This document shows positions 48,409 through 59,589 of a stretch of DNA of 64,000 nt, piece by piece. The stretch is from contig CM121341.1 in assembly GCA_051530055.1 (NCBI GenBank), positions 2,966,151-3,030,150 of the forward strand. The letters are read 5' to 3'. Positions within the stretch are counted from its first letter, which is position 1; the number at the start of each line of letters is the position of its first letter. A model generated the notes under the pieces. That model had not been told where the DNA came from and did not search any database. It was given only the letters and a program-made list of their open reading frames with translations. The position numbers and the translations under genes were made by a program. This stretch comes from Neoechinorhynchus agilis (lineage: Eukaryota > Animalia > Acanthocephala).

Positions 48409-48879
48409 TTGAAAGTCAATGAATCTTTTGTTTGTTTAGATGCTGTCGAATTGTTTACAACAGCAACAAAAGCGCCAATTACATTTGAGACTGCAACAAC
48501 TGAAAGATCAACGTCGTCGACTACAGAATCAACGATAGCTTCAACCCGTCTAACAGATGATTCAATAATGTCTAAAAACATTGCATCCCGAAAAGCGGTG
48601 CCAAGAAGCACCAATTGGAAATTGATTATTGGTGCAATTGTATTGTCGGTTTTGATTATCATTAGTTTTATGGTGTGCATCGTAACTCGCTTGAGACATA
48701 GCCAAGCAACGAAAAATAAAATGAAAATTGTCTCGAACGGATTTTATTTGAAACTACCTTCCTGCAAGAAAGTATTACGGCTTCGCATTAGCTATTTATT
48801 TGGTCTTATTGAGTTTCCCATCGCCCCAAAACAGTATAAACTATTTATATTCTCGTTTACTGAAACTACGCTCAGTTGA
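48409..48879 (+). CDS. Putative single-pass membrane protein (Thr/Ser-rich stalk plus TM); exon structure uncertain
   Basis: TTATTERSTSSTTEST followed by LIIGAIVLSVLIIISFMVCIV and basic residues; tttag acceptor near 48440. Confidence 0.55.
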   Translation: MKVNESFVCLDAVELFTTATKAPITFETATTERSTSSTTESTIASTRLTDDSIMSKNIASRKAVPRSTNWKLIIGAIVLSVLIIISFMVCIVTRLRHSQATKNKMKIVSNGFYLKLPSCKKVLRLRISYLFGLIEFPIAPKQYKLFIFSFTETTLS

Positions 48880-49724
48880 TGATTTAGTAGAAATATCATT
48901 GGCGCATGAAGCATGAAATACTTTACGGCCGCCAATGAGATCACAGCACCGTTACAAGCAACGATTGTTCCTTCCGTTGAGCCTTAATCTCTCATTTTTA
49001 AATCAAGGATAGTACATGGTACGCAAAAATAGTTCAAAAAATCGTTCCGTTATATTCAAATTTTGATACAAATACACAAAAGTTTGTCGTACAAAAAACC
49101 CGAAAAGCATTGCATTAAATCGGCTTTTGCGCTTTACAGCTAATCTCATGTAAAACAAACACCTGTATTAAATTTAAAGGAAATTTACTATTCCGCTAAA
49201 AAATGTATTATAGAATACAGTTTCAATCGAAAAATATTTGCATGTTGTTCAAAAAACAAACAATATTTTTATCGAACGTGCGGCTGGAGAATCAAGTAGT
49301 ATTTCACAAGGATAATATCCTAAGCAAATAATATTTTGTATTTCAGAACGTTGTGAGCTGGAAAGCAAGCTGTTCAAGAAGGTAGTATTTTAAGTCCTTA
49401 AACGAACATAACCGGCCTTCAAAAGTTCTAATTTTCTATGTTCTTTTACGCCCGTTAATTTACAATATTATTAGTTTTTTGTTTTGCAAAACATTTGCTG
49501 GTTAGAAAGTCATGACTAAAGGGGAAAACATTATGGAAACCACATCCAAGAACCTCCCATAGGACTGTATGAGCGATGTGTACAAAATAAGCTCATTCGT
49601 CAAATCATTGTTTCTAAGCTGTGCTCTGAAAAATCCCGGATCATTCGTCTTAGTTAAGATTGAACGCGATACTTTTATAAAATTTCTAAATTCTCTTCAT
49701 TAATCCGAACATTTAGTTTCACCA

Positions 49725-52328
49725 ATGGATCCCGCAGTATATGACATTCTTCGATGCCTCCTTGACCGAGTGGAAAACCTGCTACAAAATCCAGGCTCCA
49801 GAGTCGATCCTTCAAACATTCACATACCGGCGAGTACTCATATCACAAGCAGCTTGGAGCAACAAATGGGACCGAGAGATTCAAGTGATAGTCGACTCAA
49901 TCCACCAGCAAATCAAAATGAATTGGCCGACCTTCTTGGCCTGCGCAATGATTCACCGAGAATTACAAACCAGTTTCCTGCGAGTGTTCTGGCTCCACAA
50001 GTAAACCTGATGAACGAACTTATGGCCAGCATGAGATCAGTCGCTCCAATAATCGCTGCTTCCCTTCCAGTGTTATTTGATTTTGTTAATCGATCTTCAG
50101 ACACTGCTCAAAACAATGATCAAACAGCAGCTTCTACGGCGACGCGAAACGCTCAAGGATTAATTGGACGAAATGTGCCCAGAACTGAACAACCATCAAG
50201 AATCATTGAACAATGCTGTCTTCCCAAACAGCTTGACAACATGATTCGACGGGAGGCTACAAATTGCAATAACGCCGGGATACTTGGAGTTGAAATTGTC
50301 AATGAATTTTTAGATTTAGAACACGGCTTAGAAAACATTCATTCGCGTTTGCTTAAAAGCAAAACAGGAAAACCTTGTCTTCTTTGTGGCACCAATGATA
50401 GTGTTTCCTGGTGTTACAAAAGAGAAAAATTCTTGTGTAACAAATGTGCAAATGCCCCTTTCAGAGCAGCCGAAGATTCAAATAAAAAAGATGGTGGTAA
50501 TCGCGATCCAAAAGCAAAAACTCAAAAAATATCGGCTCGTCGGAGTTCTTCAAAGTTTCGACAGTCAACAAATGAGCGAATTAGCTGTCAAAGATGCTAT
50601 AGAATGAGATGCTCTTCCTGGTATCGCTGCTATAATCTTCTTTTGTGCAAGAATTGTGCACCTCAAATGGCCAGGAAGGTTTTTATAAGGTCTCGTGATA
50701 GACAAACCCAGGACTTTAATCAACATCAACGTTCATCGGCAGTTCAACCCAATCGAAACAGTTCCACTGATCGCGAACAGCAACAGAATTCTCACGATGA
50801 CAGAATCTGTGTTATATGTAAGATAAACCAAAGTTCGAGATGGCAAAAGTTCGGGGAATTGTGGATTTGCGAAAAATGCATGGATTTGTGTACATTCTCA
50901 GTTATGGCACAATTGGCAAACATTCATGCTGCAGTTGGGCAACAAACAAGCGCTTCTTTGGGAGCAGCGCAAACGAATGCTTCAAATCAAAATATTGCTC
51001 AAGCACCAACACAAGCGACGAATCCTACGTTCAGTGATGCTCCAGCATTAACTTCAAATGAAAATCCTGCACCAGAGAGTTCGCAACATCATCATTCCAC
51101 CAGCAATCGACGTTGCGATTACTGTGGAACAAATCAAAGCTCAAGCTGGTACACTTATGGACATCTGAGTATATGCCAAGAATGCATTGGATCCGTCGTT
51201 CCTTCGAATGAAAATCTTCAAGAATCGTATGATCCACATCGCCGCTGCAATGATTCGTCTTGCTCAAAATGTTCAGCGAAAGAGAGCACCGAATGGTACA
51301 GCTATGGACAATTTAAATTCTGCCAAAAGTGCATTGGTACTATCATTCCTGGATCCAAGCTTCCACCGGAAAACGCTCGTTCAACTGATGTTCAAACATT
51401 GCAAAACGAAGCAGCTCGCGAAACTCCGGCGAGAAATCCTGAAAACGAATTTGTCGGTAATGCCGAAACCCAGCAGGCGAATGATGAGTTAAGCTGCCAT
51501 CTTTGCGCTGAGAATATCACTGAAGGAACACCTTTGCATCCTGGGACTGAAATATGCGAAATTTGCTACAGTTTGCCCGCAAAGGCAATCGAGGAATCGT
51601 TGAATACTGCCCCAATTGCGGAAACATCCCCGAAACAATCTCAAGTTGAGCCGCCACATCCAGCAAATGATTCCCGTTTAAATCAATTGATCGAAATGGT
51701 GCACAGTGGATCAATTGTACCGGAACCCGGAATCGCCGAAAGCTCATCGATGTATGATTCTGATGGATTGTGTCAATGCGAGACTTGTAGGAAATTTAAA
51801 AACGAGACCAATCAAAGTGCGGCCAGCAGCATCGGTCGACAAATTGACAAATCCGAAACTGTGAATCCGCCAATCGCTGTAAAGGAAAAGGCAGTAACCA
51901 AGTCAGATAAGCAAGAACGTCGGAATCCTAACGATTCCAGGTTCAAGCACTTAAACAAGCGTCGATTTTGTTGTATATGCAAAAAAATTACAAAAACACT
52001 CCGGAATCGTCGCGGCTATTTATATTACTGCCAACGATGTTTTGAACTTGAACAAACCACGGCGTCTGGATCGATAACGAATCCTTTAGCTGGTTCATCT
52101 TTCACCGCACCAGTTTCACAATTTATAGCAGTAACGCGAGCCGAGGAAGATAACATTGAACGTTTTAGTGATCATCAATCAGCATTTAGCCTCGAAGCGC
52201 CATCAATTAAAACGGATGATTTGGAAAACCGTAAATCTACAGCAACGATTCAAACGAGTGATCGATTGGCTAGGGAATCGCAAGAACGAGATGATAATAA
52301 AACTGCAGAATCCAAAAAACCGGAATAA
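49725..52328 (+). CDS. 867-aa protein with seven C-x2-C-x16-C-x2-C (GATA-like) zinc fingers
   Basis: CLLC, CQRC, CVIC, CDYC, CSKC, CHLC and CCIC fingers all have exactly 16-residue spacers; Trp at spacer position 8 in the first five. Confidence 0.85.
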   Translation: MDPAVYDILRCLLDRVENLLQNPGSRVDPSNIHIPASTHITSSLEQQMGPRDSSDSRLNPPANQNELADLLGLRNDSPRITNQFPASVLAPQVNLMNELMASMRSVAPIIAASLPVLFDFVNRSSDTAQNNDQTAASTATRNAQGLIGRNVPRTEQPSRIIEQCCLPKQLDNMIRREATNCNNAGILGVEIVNEFLDLEHGLENIHSRLLKSKTGKPCLLCGTNDSVSWCYKREKFLCNKCANAPFRAAEDSNKKDGGNRDPKAKTQKISARRSSSKFRQSTNERISCQRCYRMRCSSWYRCYNLLLCKNCAPQMARKVFIRSRDRQTQDFNQHQRSSAVQPNRNSSTDREQQQNSHDDRICVICKINQSSRWQKFGELWICEKCMDLCTFSVMAQLANIHAAVGQQTSASLGAAQTNASNQNIAQAPTQATNPTFSDAPALTSNENPAPESSQHHHSTSNRRCDYCGTNQSSSWYTYGHLSICQECIGSVVPSNENLQESYDPHRRCNDSSCSKCSAKESTEWYSYGQFKFCQKCIGTIIPGSKLPPENARSTDVQTLQNEAARETPARNPENEFVGNAETQQANDELSCHLCAENITEGTPLHPGTEICEICYSLPAKAIEESLNTAPIAETSPKQSQVEPPHPANDSRLNQLIEMVHSGSIVPEPGIAESSSMYDSDGLCQCETCRKFKNETNQSAASSIGRQIDKSETVNPPIAVKEKAVTKSDKQERRNPNDSRFKHLNKRRFCCICKKITKTLRNRRGYLYYCQRCFELEQTTASGSITNPLAGSSFTAPVSQFIAVTRAEEDNIERFSDHQSAFSLEAPSIKTDDLENRKSTATIQTSDRLARESQERDDNKTAESKKPE

Positions 52329-52869
52329 TACAATCAACACTTCATCCCTTGATCCCCAAACAAAATGAATTGTATTGAATTTTATTGAAAAAAACATCGA
52401 TTCTCTATAATCTCATTGATATTTATTTGCGATTTACAAGATCGTTGCGCTTTTTGTTTCAAGAAGAGCGATTTTTTAGCGATGAAAAGCTCCGGTTGGG
52501 CTACAAATAATTCTGACAGCTGCTCATCTTCACAGAATTCACAAGTAGCTTTAAATGCTCAAACAATGCACTTATTCTCCAATAATATCGATTGGGCATA
52601 CTACACTGCTGAAATTAAGAAACCGGAATTATTTTTGAAATCCATTCGCACGTTATTTTTGTATAGGTCTTTGTCACTTCAATCTAGTTTTTATAATCTT
52701 ATTTAAATTCCATCTCGCATTAAAACAGGGTTTAAGGAATACGCTGAAACGATAACAAAGTTTATCCGAATTTATTAAATGAGTCATGAGTATTAAAAAA
52801 AAAGTTCGCTGACTCGGATGCTTCGAATATAAAGGAATCAAATTGGAATGCAATAACAATCAAATTTTA

Positions 52870-53935
52870 AAATGTCGATACGTTAGATACCGGATTGTAT
52901 GATTAGAATTATTGTTTAGGCATTCATCCAGTAAATAATTTTTATTAAAAACGTTTCGAACTTCGTCGGGCTCATCACCAGTTTGATTATGAACAACGCG
53001 CTCGTGGTTGATTGTTTTTTAAAAATTTTGAGCTATGAAGAAAGAGTTTGTAATCTCGTTAGTCATTCATGTCCGGTTTTTGTTCTTTGATTAAGAAGGC
53101 TTCCTCAATTAAGCGTCGAAAGTTATTATGGTCACTTGCTAAAAACATTGTCTGGTCATAATTGGCCACTGGTCAGTTTGTATTCGACGATACCACCTTC
53201 TGAGTCTTGGACCGTTTAGGCCATAAGAAACTTTGTAGACAACAGCCCTCTTTTCCACCTTCTGGTGAGTTTCCGGAAAATTAGGTTTCCTATCAGCACT
53301 GAAGGTTGAAAATAAAATTGGTGTTTTATCGGCAGACCGCTGTTCTTAATTGTCATAGAGATTCTGTTACGCCAAGAGTTGGTTTGTGGGTCCATCTCCG
53401 GGACTCCAATGCACAGGTCCATTCGATTCGGTCCTATGAATGTTTCGTTTGACTGATTGTTCGTCGTTCGGTCCACTTGCTCTTGCGCTGAAGTAAAAAC
53501 ATCTTTGGGGTACCCAAACTTGCTGAAAATTGTGGATCTCATCTCCGAGGCGCAGAAAGCCTCGCAATGTACCAACTTTTGTGCTCTTATTATGGGCACT
53601 GTTCCAAATTATACAATTATTTGTTCCAGTTACCTTTCTGTAGACGGAGGTAGTAATTTGTATTCCATTTTTTTCTGAATCAACACATCTAGAAACGGCA
53701 ACCTTCCATTTTTATCGCATCTATTCATAGTGAATTTGATTCGATAATGTTAAAGGTTGAGATGCTACATGAAATCGTTAGCACTCTGTTCATTACCGGG
53801 CCAAATCACGAATATATCATCTACATATCTTTTGTAGAAGATCGGTTTAATTGCATACGATTCCATTGCACTTTTTCCAAGCGATACATTATGGGATTAG
53901 CCAGAACTGGGGCAGTAGGTGAACCCACCAATCCA
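52870..53935 (-). mobile_element. Degenerate Penelope-like element (RT, GIY-YIG, terminal hammerhead remnant)
   Basis: GSPTAPVLAN, FYKRYVDDIFVIW, LPFLDVLI, TSVYRK, VVYKV, RLIEEAFLIK; hammerhead with CTGGTGA core at 52945-52985. Confidence 0.85.
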
Positions 53936-53939
53936 ATTG

Positions 53940-54930
53940 AGGGGAAATGCCTCTTATTTCAGCCGCCAACTCAATTGGATTGGTTGAAAGCATTCGACTC
54001 CGTGTACCATTCACTACTCCCCCAGGACTTTTTCGATTTCGGTGTAAATTCGTGGCCGATCTGTACACGAATGCGTTTTCAAATCTCTTGTTTTTATTTG
54101 ATAATGTTGTCAAAAGCGCGTCTAAATTAAAGTGAAGAACTAAGGACTGAGCAGCCTCATCTACTGAAAAGGAGGTCATTTCCTTTAGTGTTGGAGCCGA
54201 AGCCCGTTGATTCTGTGAGCTGAGCCATTGGTCAATGAAAAGACTGCCATCTTCACTTCTAATTTGGACGATAAAACATAAGGGATTTAATCGAAAGACG
54301 AGGATTCTTCGAAATACTGTCGATCGCTGTCACTAGAATGTTTGGAACGGAGAGTTCGTAAAGTTTCTGCGTTATCTTTGGTAAGACTGTCCATTGATGA
54401 TAAAGGCCCATTTACTCTTCGGACATCTCCGTCAGCGAGCTTCGAAGAAACACACCCAGCCAGCCGCGGATTTGAGTTTCGACGGTGGTCACGGTCTTGA
54501 ACACACTCCTGACGTAGCTCGCATGCTGTCGAAAAGCATTGAGTAAATTTTCGTCAAAAGAACTTATTCGTTCTTTGATTTTTGTGGTCAGAGATCCCTC
54601 AGAAACATCACCAGCGGAAAAATGCATCCACGACAACTCTGAGTTAGTCTCGATGCAGTCTGTCAATAGAGAGGTGAATATCTTTACGGTCTGATATCGC
54701 TGGCCCCTTTGGATTCTTTTCAGAACGATCCTGAGCAAAACTCTCGCACAATATTCCCTACAAATGGAATTTCATTTTTGTATTGGTGATGTCGTGATGG
54801 GATTTTGTCGCACACACCGAAAATGGACTTAGTTAGTGAACCGGAACCGCCGCAGCGTGAATTACGGAGTCCATGGACCCTAAGAGCTCCTGTTTTCGTC
54901 AGGGAGAAAATCATATCACAAATAAGCTCG
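53940..54930 (-). mobile_element. CRE-like element N-terminal/RT remnant
   Basis: GALRVHGLRNSRCGGSG, KIFTSLLTDC, SLTTKIKERISSF and MTSFSVDEAAQSL parallel the 9981-11450 copy. Confidence 0.75.
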
Positions 54931-55175
54931 CAGCTGCCGAAGTTGATAGTTGAAAAATGAAACTGCTCATTTGTTTTCTTATTTTCGCTAGTTTTTTGAA
55001 TGTAGCTTTAAACAAAGGAAGATACAGGTTTTATCACCGTTTAGACAATTTTGCGAAAGTGATTGGTAGGTCGATTTTCCTCTCGAATTACAATCTTGAA
55101 AGCATTTGTAATGAAGAATAAATAAAGCAAAATACCAATAGGCATACAAAAAATATTTTATTCTCGAGTACCGAC

Positions 55176-56307
55176 TCAGAACTCTCCATTTGCCCGAAAC
55201 TCATTTATAACCTCTAACATTCTTTTCATGAACGTATTGATGTCAAATCGACTTTCTGGAAATGTTTCAAGTGTTTTAGAAGGAAAACTACGAATCCTCC
55301 GACAACTCAGTCCAACGCATGCATCGCAAATTCGCTCAAAATCATTTCCCGTATCGTGTGTTGCTAATAAACTTGCAGTTGTGCAATTCAGAACTGTATT
55401 AGAGCTTAAATACTTTAAGATTGAAAGGAATATTAATCGAATCGACTTTAAGCACGGAGGTCCTATTTTTATTCTCACAGGAATCCTGTCAAGAATAGCA
55501 CTATCAATCTTTGTCGTGACGTTCGATGTGACAATGATTGACAAATTAGTGAAAGATTTGAGCATGTCGATCTGCCTAATAAAAGTATTCACGATCCGCA
55601 ATGACTCTATCCCGGAACTCTTCATTAAAATATTGCGGCACTCAATTATTCCGTCGATTTCATCCATTATTACCAGAACAAGAACTCCATTCACAAGCTG
55701 AGGTCTTATATGTTCATTAAACAATGCTACAATAATCCTTGAACTTTGGGAAGCCCATTTCGACACAAGACTGCCAATATCGATCTCGTAGAGAATCGAT
55801 TTTTTAAATGATTTTCTATGAATAATACTGATTTTTTGGCAGACAGCACGAGCAATCGACGATTTTCCGGTACCGGGTGGTCCATAAAGAAAAGTGATTT
55901 TAAAATCAATCTCAGTTCGTAAGTTTTAAACTGAAATCGATGATATGGACTTCCATTATTTTCCTTAGATTTACGGGTATAACAATATTTGCTTGAGCTG
56001 CTCGAAGAACTCTTGATGTTAGTGATTTATCAAAGAATAAATTATTCCAAATGTTCTCGTAAAAAACATGGGGCATATTTCTTGAGTATCCAACAATTCT
56101 CCCTTCGTTGTCCACGACCACTTTCACTTCTTCTTCTTTATTGCAATGCATTGGAATTTTTTTACGGTCTTCAAATTGCTCCTCAAATAGATTTTTCAAT
56201 TCCGAAACACTACTTTCATTAGTGGACTCTTTATCGTGCTCATTAGCAAAATTTGTGAGTGTCGAATTATGACTCAACGATTTATTTTCTAAGGTGGAAT
56301 AATTCAT
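55176..56307 (-). CDS. pch2: Divergent PCH2/TRIP13-like AAA+ ATPase, ~355 aa, intron 55911-55974
   Basis: Splicing gtaaat...gaactgag gives FLYGPPGTGKS (Walker A), EIDIGSLVSKW, IMDEIDGI (Walker B), LRIVNTFIRQIDMLK, IIVTSNVTTKIDSAILDR. Confidence 0.85.
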
Positions 56308-57849
56308 TATGCCTCTGTGGGTTAAATCTGCACCTTTAATTAAAATAGTTTCTAAGGTTACAGACAGAAACTGTTTGGATGAAAAAGGTGGATTTTGGGA
56401 TACTTTCCCTTGCGCTCTACTGATTCAGCATCGTCCAGAATTCAGAACTTTTATGAGAAAGTTAGTTAATTGAATAAAACATGAACGATAAACCTGCCAA
56501 CAACATCTAAGTTTTCTTTACCACTATGAGCATTGTTATGGTGGTTTTTGCTGCGGGAAAATAAAAAATTAAATCTATCTCAAACTAACGTTTGCTTGAG
56601 TGGATTCGTTACTGGTTGTCCATGCAAAGCGAATGATCCTTTGACATTCAACTCATCTTTGAACCACTGATGGCTTTTTTAGTGGACATAATTTTTTAAA
56701 GGTTTGTAAATTTTTAATTTATATTTGAAGGTTTTGTCCGCATTACTTTAATTGCCTAAAGAGATGAATACAACCACTGCACAACAAATTATTTAAGAAA
56801 TCATAAAAAAATAAAGTAATCTTTTCTAAGATTGCAGATTCATTTAAGAAACACTCGGCGTTGCTAAAAATTACAGAACTAGCCTACGTTTTTATCCAAA
56901 TATATTTTTATCAACTATATGAACTGTATATAATTGCGTTTTCGAACCGCAAGATGCATAAAGGTATTTTTGCTGTCAAAAGTGAAATACTCACCCTAGT
57001 AAAAGGAAATTCCAATTTCGGTATAAATCTCCGTTGGATATTAGGTCATTTTAGTGTCGAGTAAGGTAGAAGTATTCTTTTTTTTGATATCAACCGTTGT
57101 GGCTTCATATTTGAAAACGAAGCGCAGCGACTTGAACACAGAAACAAAACTTAAAATATTGAATTTTTATGAGTTGGCGGATTGTCCACAGGTTTCTTAT
57201 CTGTATGTTATTCTTTTTGATTGTCCTTGGTTAAGTAAGTCAAGCGGTTGAAAACAAATTTATTTTGGACGGGTATTTCGGAGGTTTACTCCTTCTTCAT
57301 TGCCCTGAAAAACACGCGATCTACAATGGTATATTTAGAATAAAATCATTGGGGGAGGCTATTTCGTCCCATTGATTTAAAACCCTAACGCGTCGTATGT
57401 TGGTCGTCTCCTCCCTACGACCATTAGTCCCACTTTTCACATCTTTGGAGATGACCAAAGCTTTCGTAAGCGAAAGTTCCAATGGGTTTCCCGCTTGCTA
57501 CTTCACGGTCGTCGAAATCTTTACTCCTTGACCTCGTCGGTGGAACCTTAAGGCCGCGTTTGGGTTCGATGCGTTACGAACGTGCTCACAAAAACGTAAC
57601 TGGAGAAACATCTCCGTCCTTTGCAATGTAAACGACCCGGATCTTTTTGTCTCATAAACGACAAATCGTGCAAACTGGCGCTTCCTCGTCGTGGACTGTT
57701 CTTGCTAGGATTCAGCGTAATGTTGGAGCACTCCTGTGGACCAATCGAACCTCCAGATCTGTCTCTTTTAAAAGCCTCCTAATGTCACTCGTGGATTTCT
57801 TTTCCTTTTCCCGCGAACGTCCGCCATGGATCATATCAAGGAGGAGAGA

Positions 57850-59530
57850 CATAGATTTCTAAAAGGAAATCTATGACATTGTACCATTGAAGATTGATAA
57901 AGGGTATGGATATTGCGTTACCAATCGTGAACAGTATCAATAGCCTCGTTTCAAGATATTAATGGGAATTCAGTTCAAGTGTCTTAATGTTTTGTCCTAC
58001 TCTGAAACTGGAAAAGGAATTCACTGCATTCATACTGATGAAGCAAAATAAAATTGGGAGTGCTGACTACTGGGCAGTTAGGTCCTTGAACTCTAGGACA
58101 TCCAAAATGTACCTATTGGCCAAGGTAAACAAATGTCCGATTAAATTCAAACCAATAGTTGCGGCTCATACATCATTTTGTACAAGTTTGTCTAGAAAAC
58201 TGGCTCTGATGCTTCGTCAGAGAATGGAACGGAGTACAAATGTAGTATGCTCTGGAAAGGACTTCATTGGTCGACTTAAGACGTCGTAGGACTCGCGTTC
58301 TATCATGGTATCGGCTGATGTGATTTCATTATTCACAAATATCCCAGTAGATACTGCTATTGAACTGGCTATACCTATCCTACGGGCCTGTGATAATTGG
58401 AAGCTAGGAAACTCTTGAGTTATTGCACCAAAATTTCAAACTTCCAATTTGAGGGAATGGATTTTGATCAGGTGAATGGTGTAGCGATGGGTAGCCCTCT
58501 TACATTGGTGCTCGCTGAGTTATACATTCGGCAGTGGGAAGAGAAATACCTACTCACAATTCCTGGAGTCTCATTATGGGCCCGATGTGTAGAGGACACA
58601 TTTATTCTCCTTGATCGTTCTGCCTATGCCTCCATGCACGTGCAGAACTACCTCAACACTAAAGATCCACACATTCAATGGTCGACGGATGTTGAGACTG
58701 ACGGTAAATTCAGGTTCCTGGATGTTGCAATAGGGCGTGTTGGTGGAGATGGGAATGCGACTAAGGTTTATCGGAAAATCGATATTCCACATGACATGGT
58801 ACCATGGATCTCCTCTCAACCACGAGAATATAAGATCTCCAGGCTTAGATCATTGGTACAACGAGCGTTTGCTTATTGCAGCTCTAGTACTGACCTCGAA
58901 CATGAAATAGATTTTATCTTGAATTTATCAGGACGGAATGGTTATCCGTTGAATCTGCATAGGAAGGTGATCAGGAGCGCTAGGTTTGGGAGGCCGACAG
59001 TCGTGACATCGGATAGGGATCGTGTGTTTCTTCAGTTGCCGTTTATTGACGATTCCTCCTCTCAGAGTTTATCCAGGGTTTTATTGACAAGCCACCAGAG
59101 CAAACGTACGCTCGTCTATTCCAAACGAAGAAATAATCTTCATGGTCTGATCTGTCCGAGCAATCGTGAAGGCCCAAGCGGTGCGGTATATAGAATACCT
59201 TGCTCGGATTGTAATCGCTGCTATAATGGCCAGGCAAATAATTTTGGGAGAAGGATGAGGGAACTCCGCTGTGGTTTCCCACTCTCTGACTACGGGCCAT
59301 AAGATCGATATTAACGACGCATATTTGATGGTAGTCAATAACCATGGGGTTGAGCGTGTTATTATCGAGGTCATGTACATTCAGGGAGCCAATACCTTCG
59401 AGAGAAACAAAACAGATTATTCCCTAAAGTTGGGGATACCTCCTGATAACACATTGAGGTTGCCATATTCCTTTTTTAGATAATAGACTGAGGAAGTCCA
59501 ATGTGATTAGACGAAATATTTAAATTAAAG
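57850..59530 (+). mobile_element. Degenerate Penelope-like element with downstream decayed hammerhead; 5' limit approximate
   Basis: MYLLAKVNK, KPIVAA, SADVISLFTNIP, GVAMGSPL, RCVED (YVDD mutated), FLDV, VYRIPCSDCNRCYNGQ; CTGAGGA a gtc..gac GAAA at 59488-59516. Confidence 0.88.
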
Positions 59531-59589
59531 TGATTCTTTGATATATAATTTTTCCCCACTTCCACGTACTCATGGATTTTATCTTTAAG

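Noticed and set aside
57405-57430. cctacgaccat resembles the 5' end of 5S rRNA
   Set aside because: Similarity ends after ~11 nt; it is one arm of a small local hairpin
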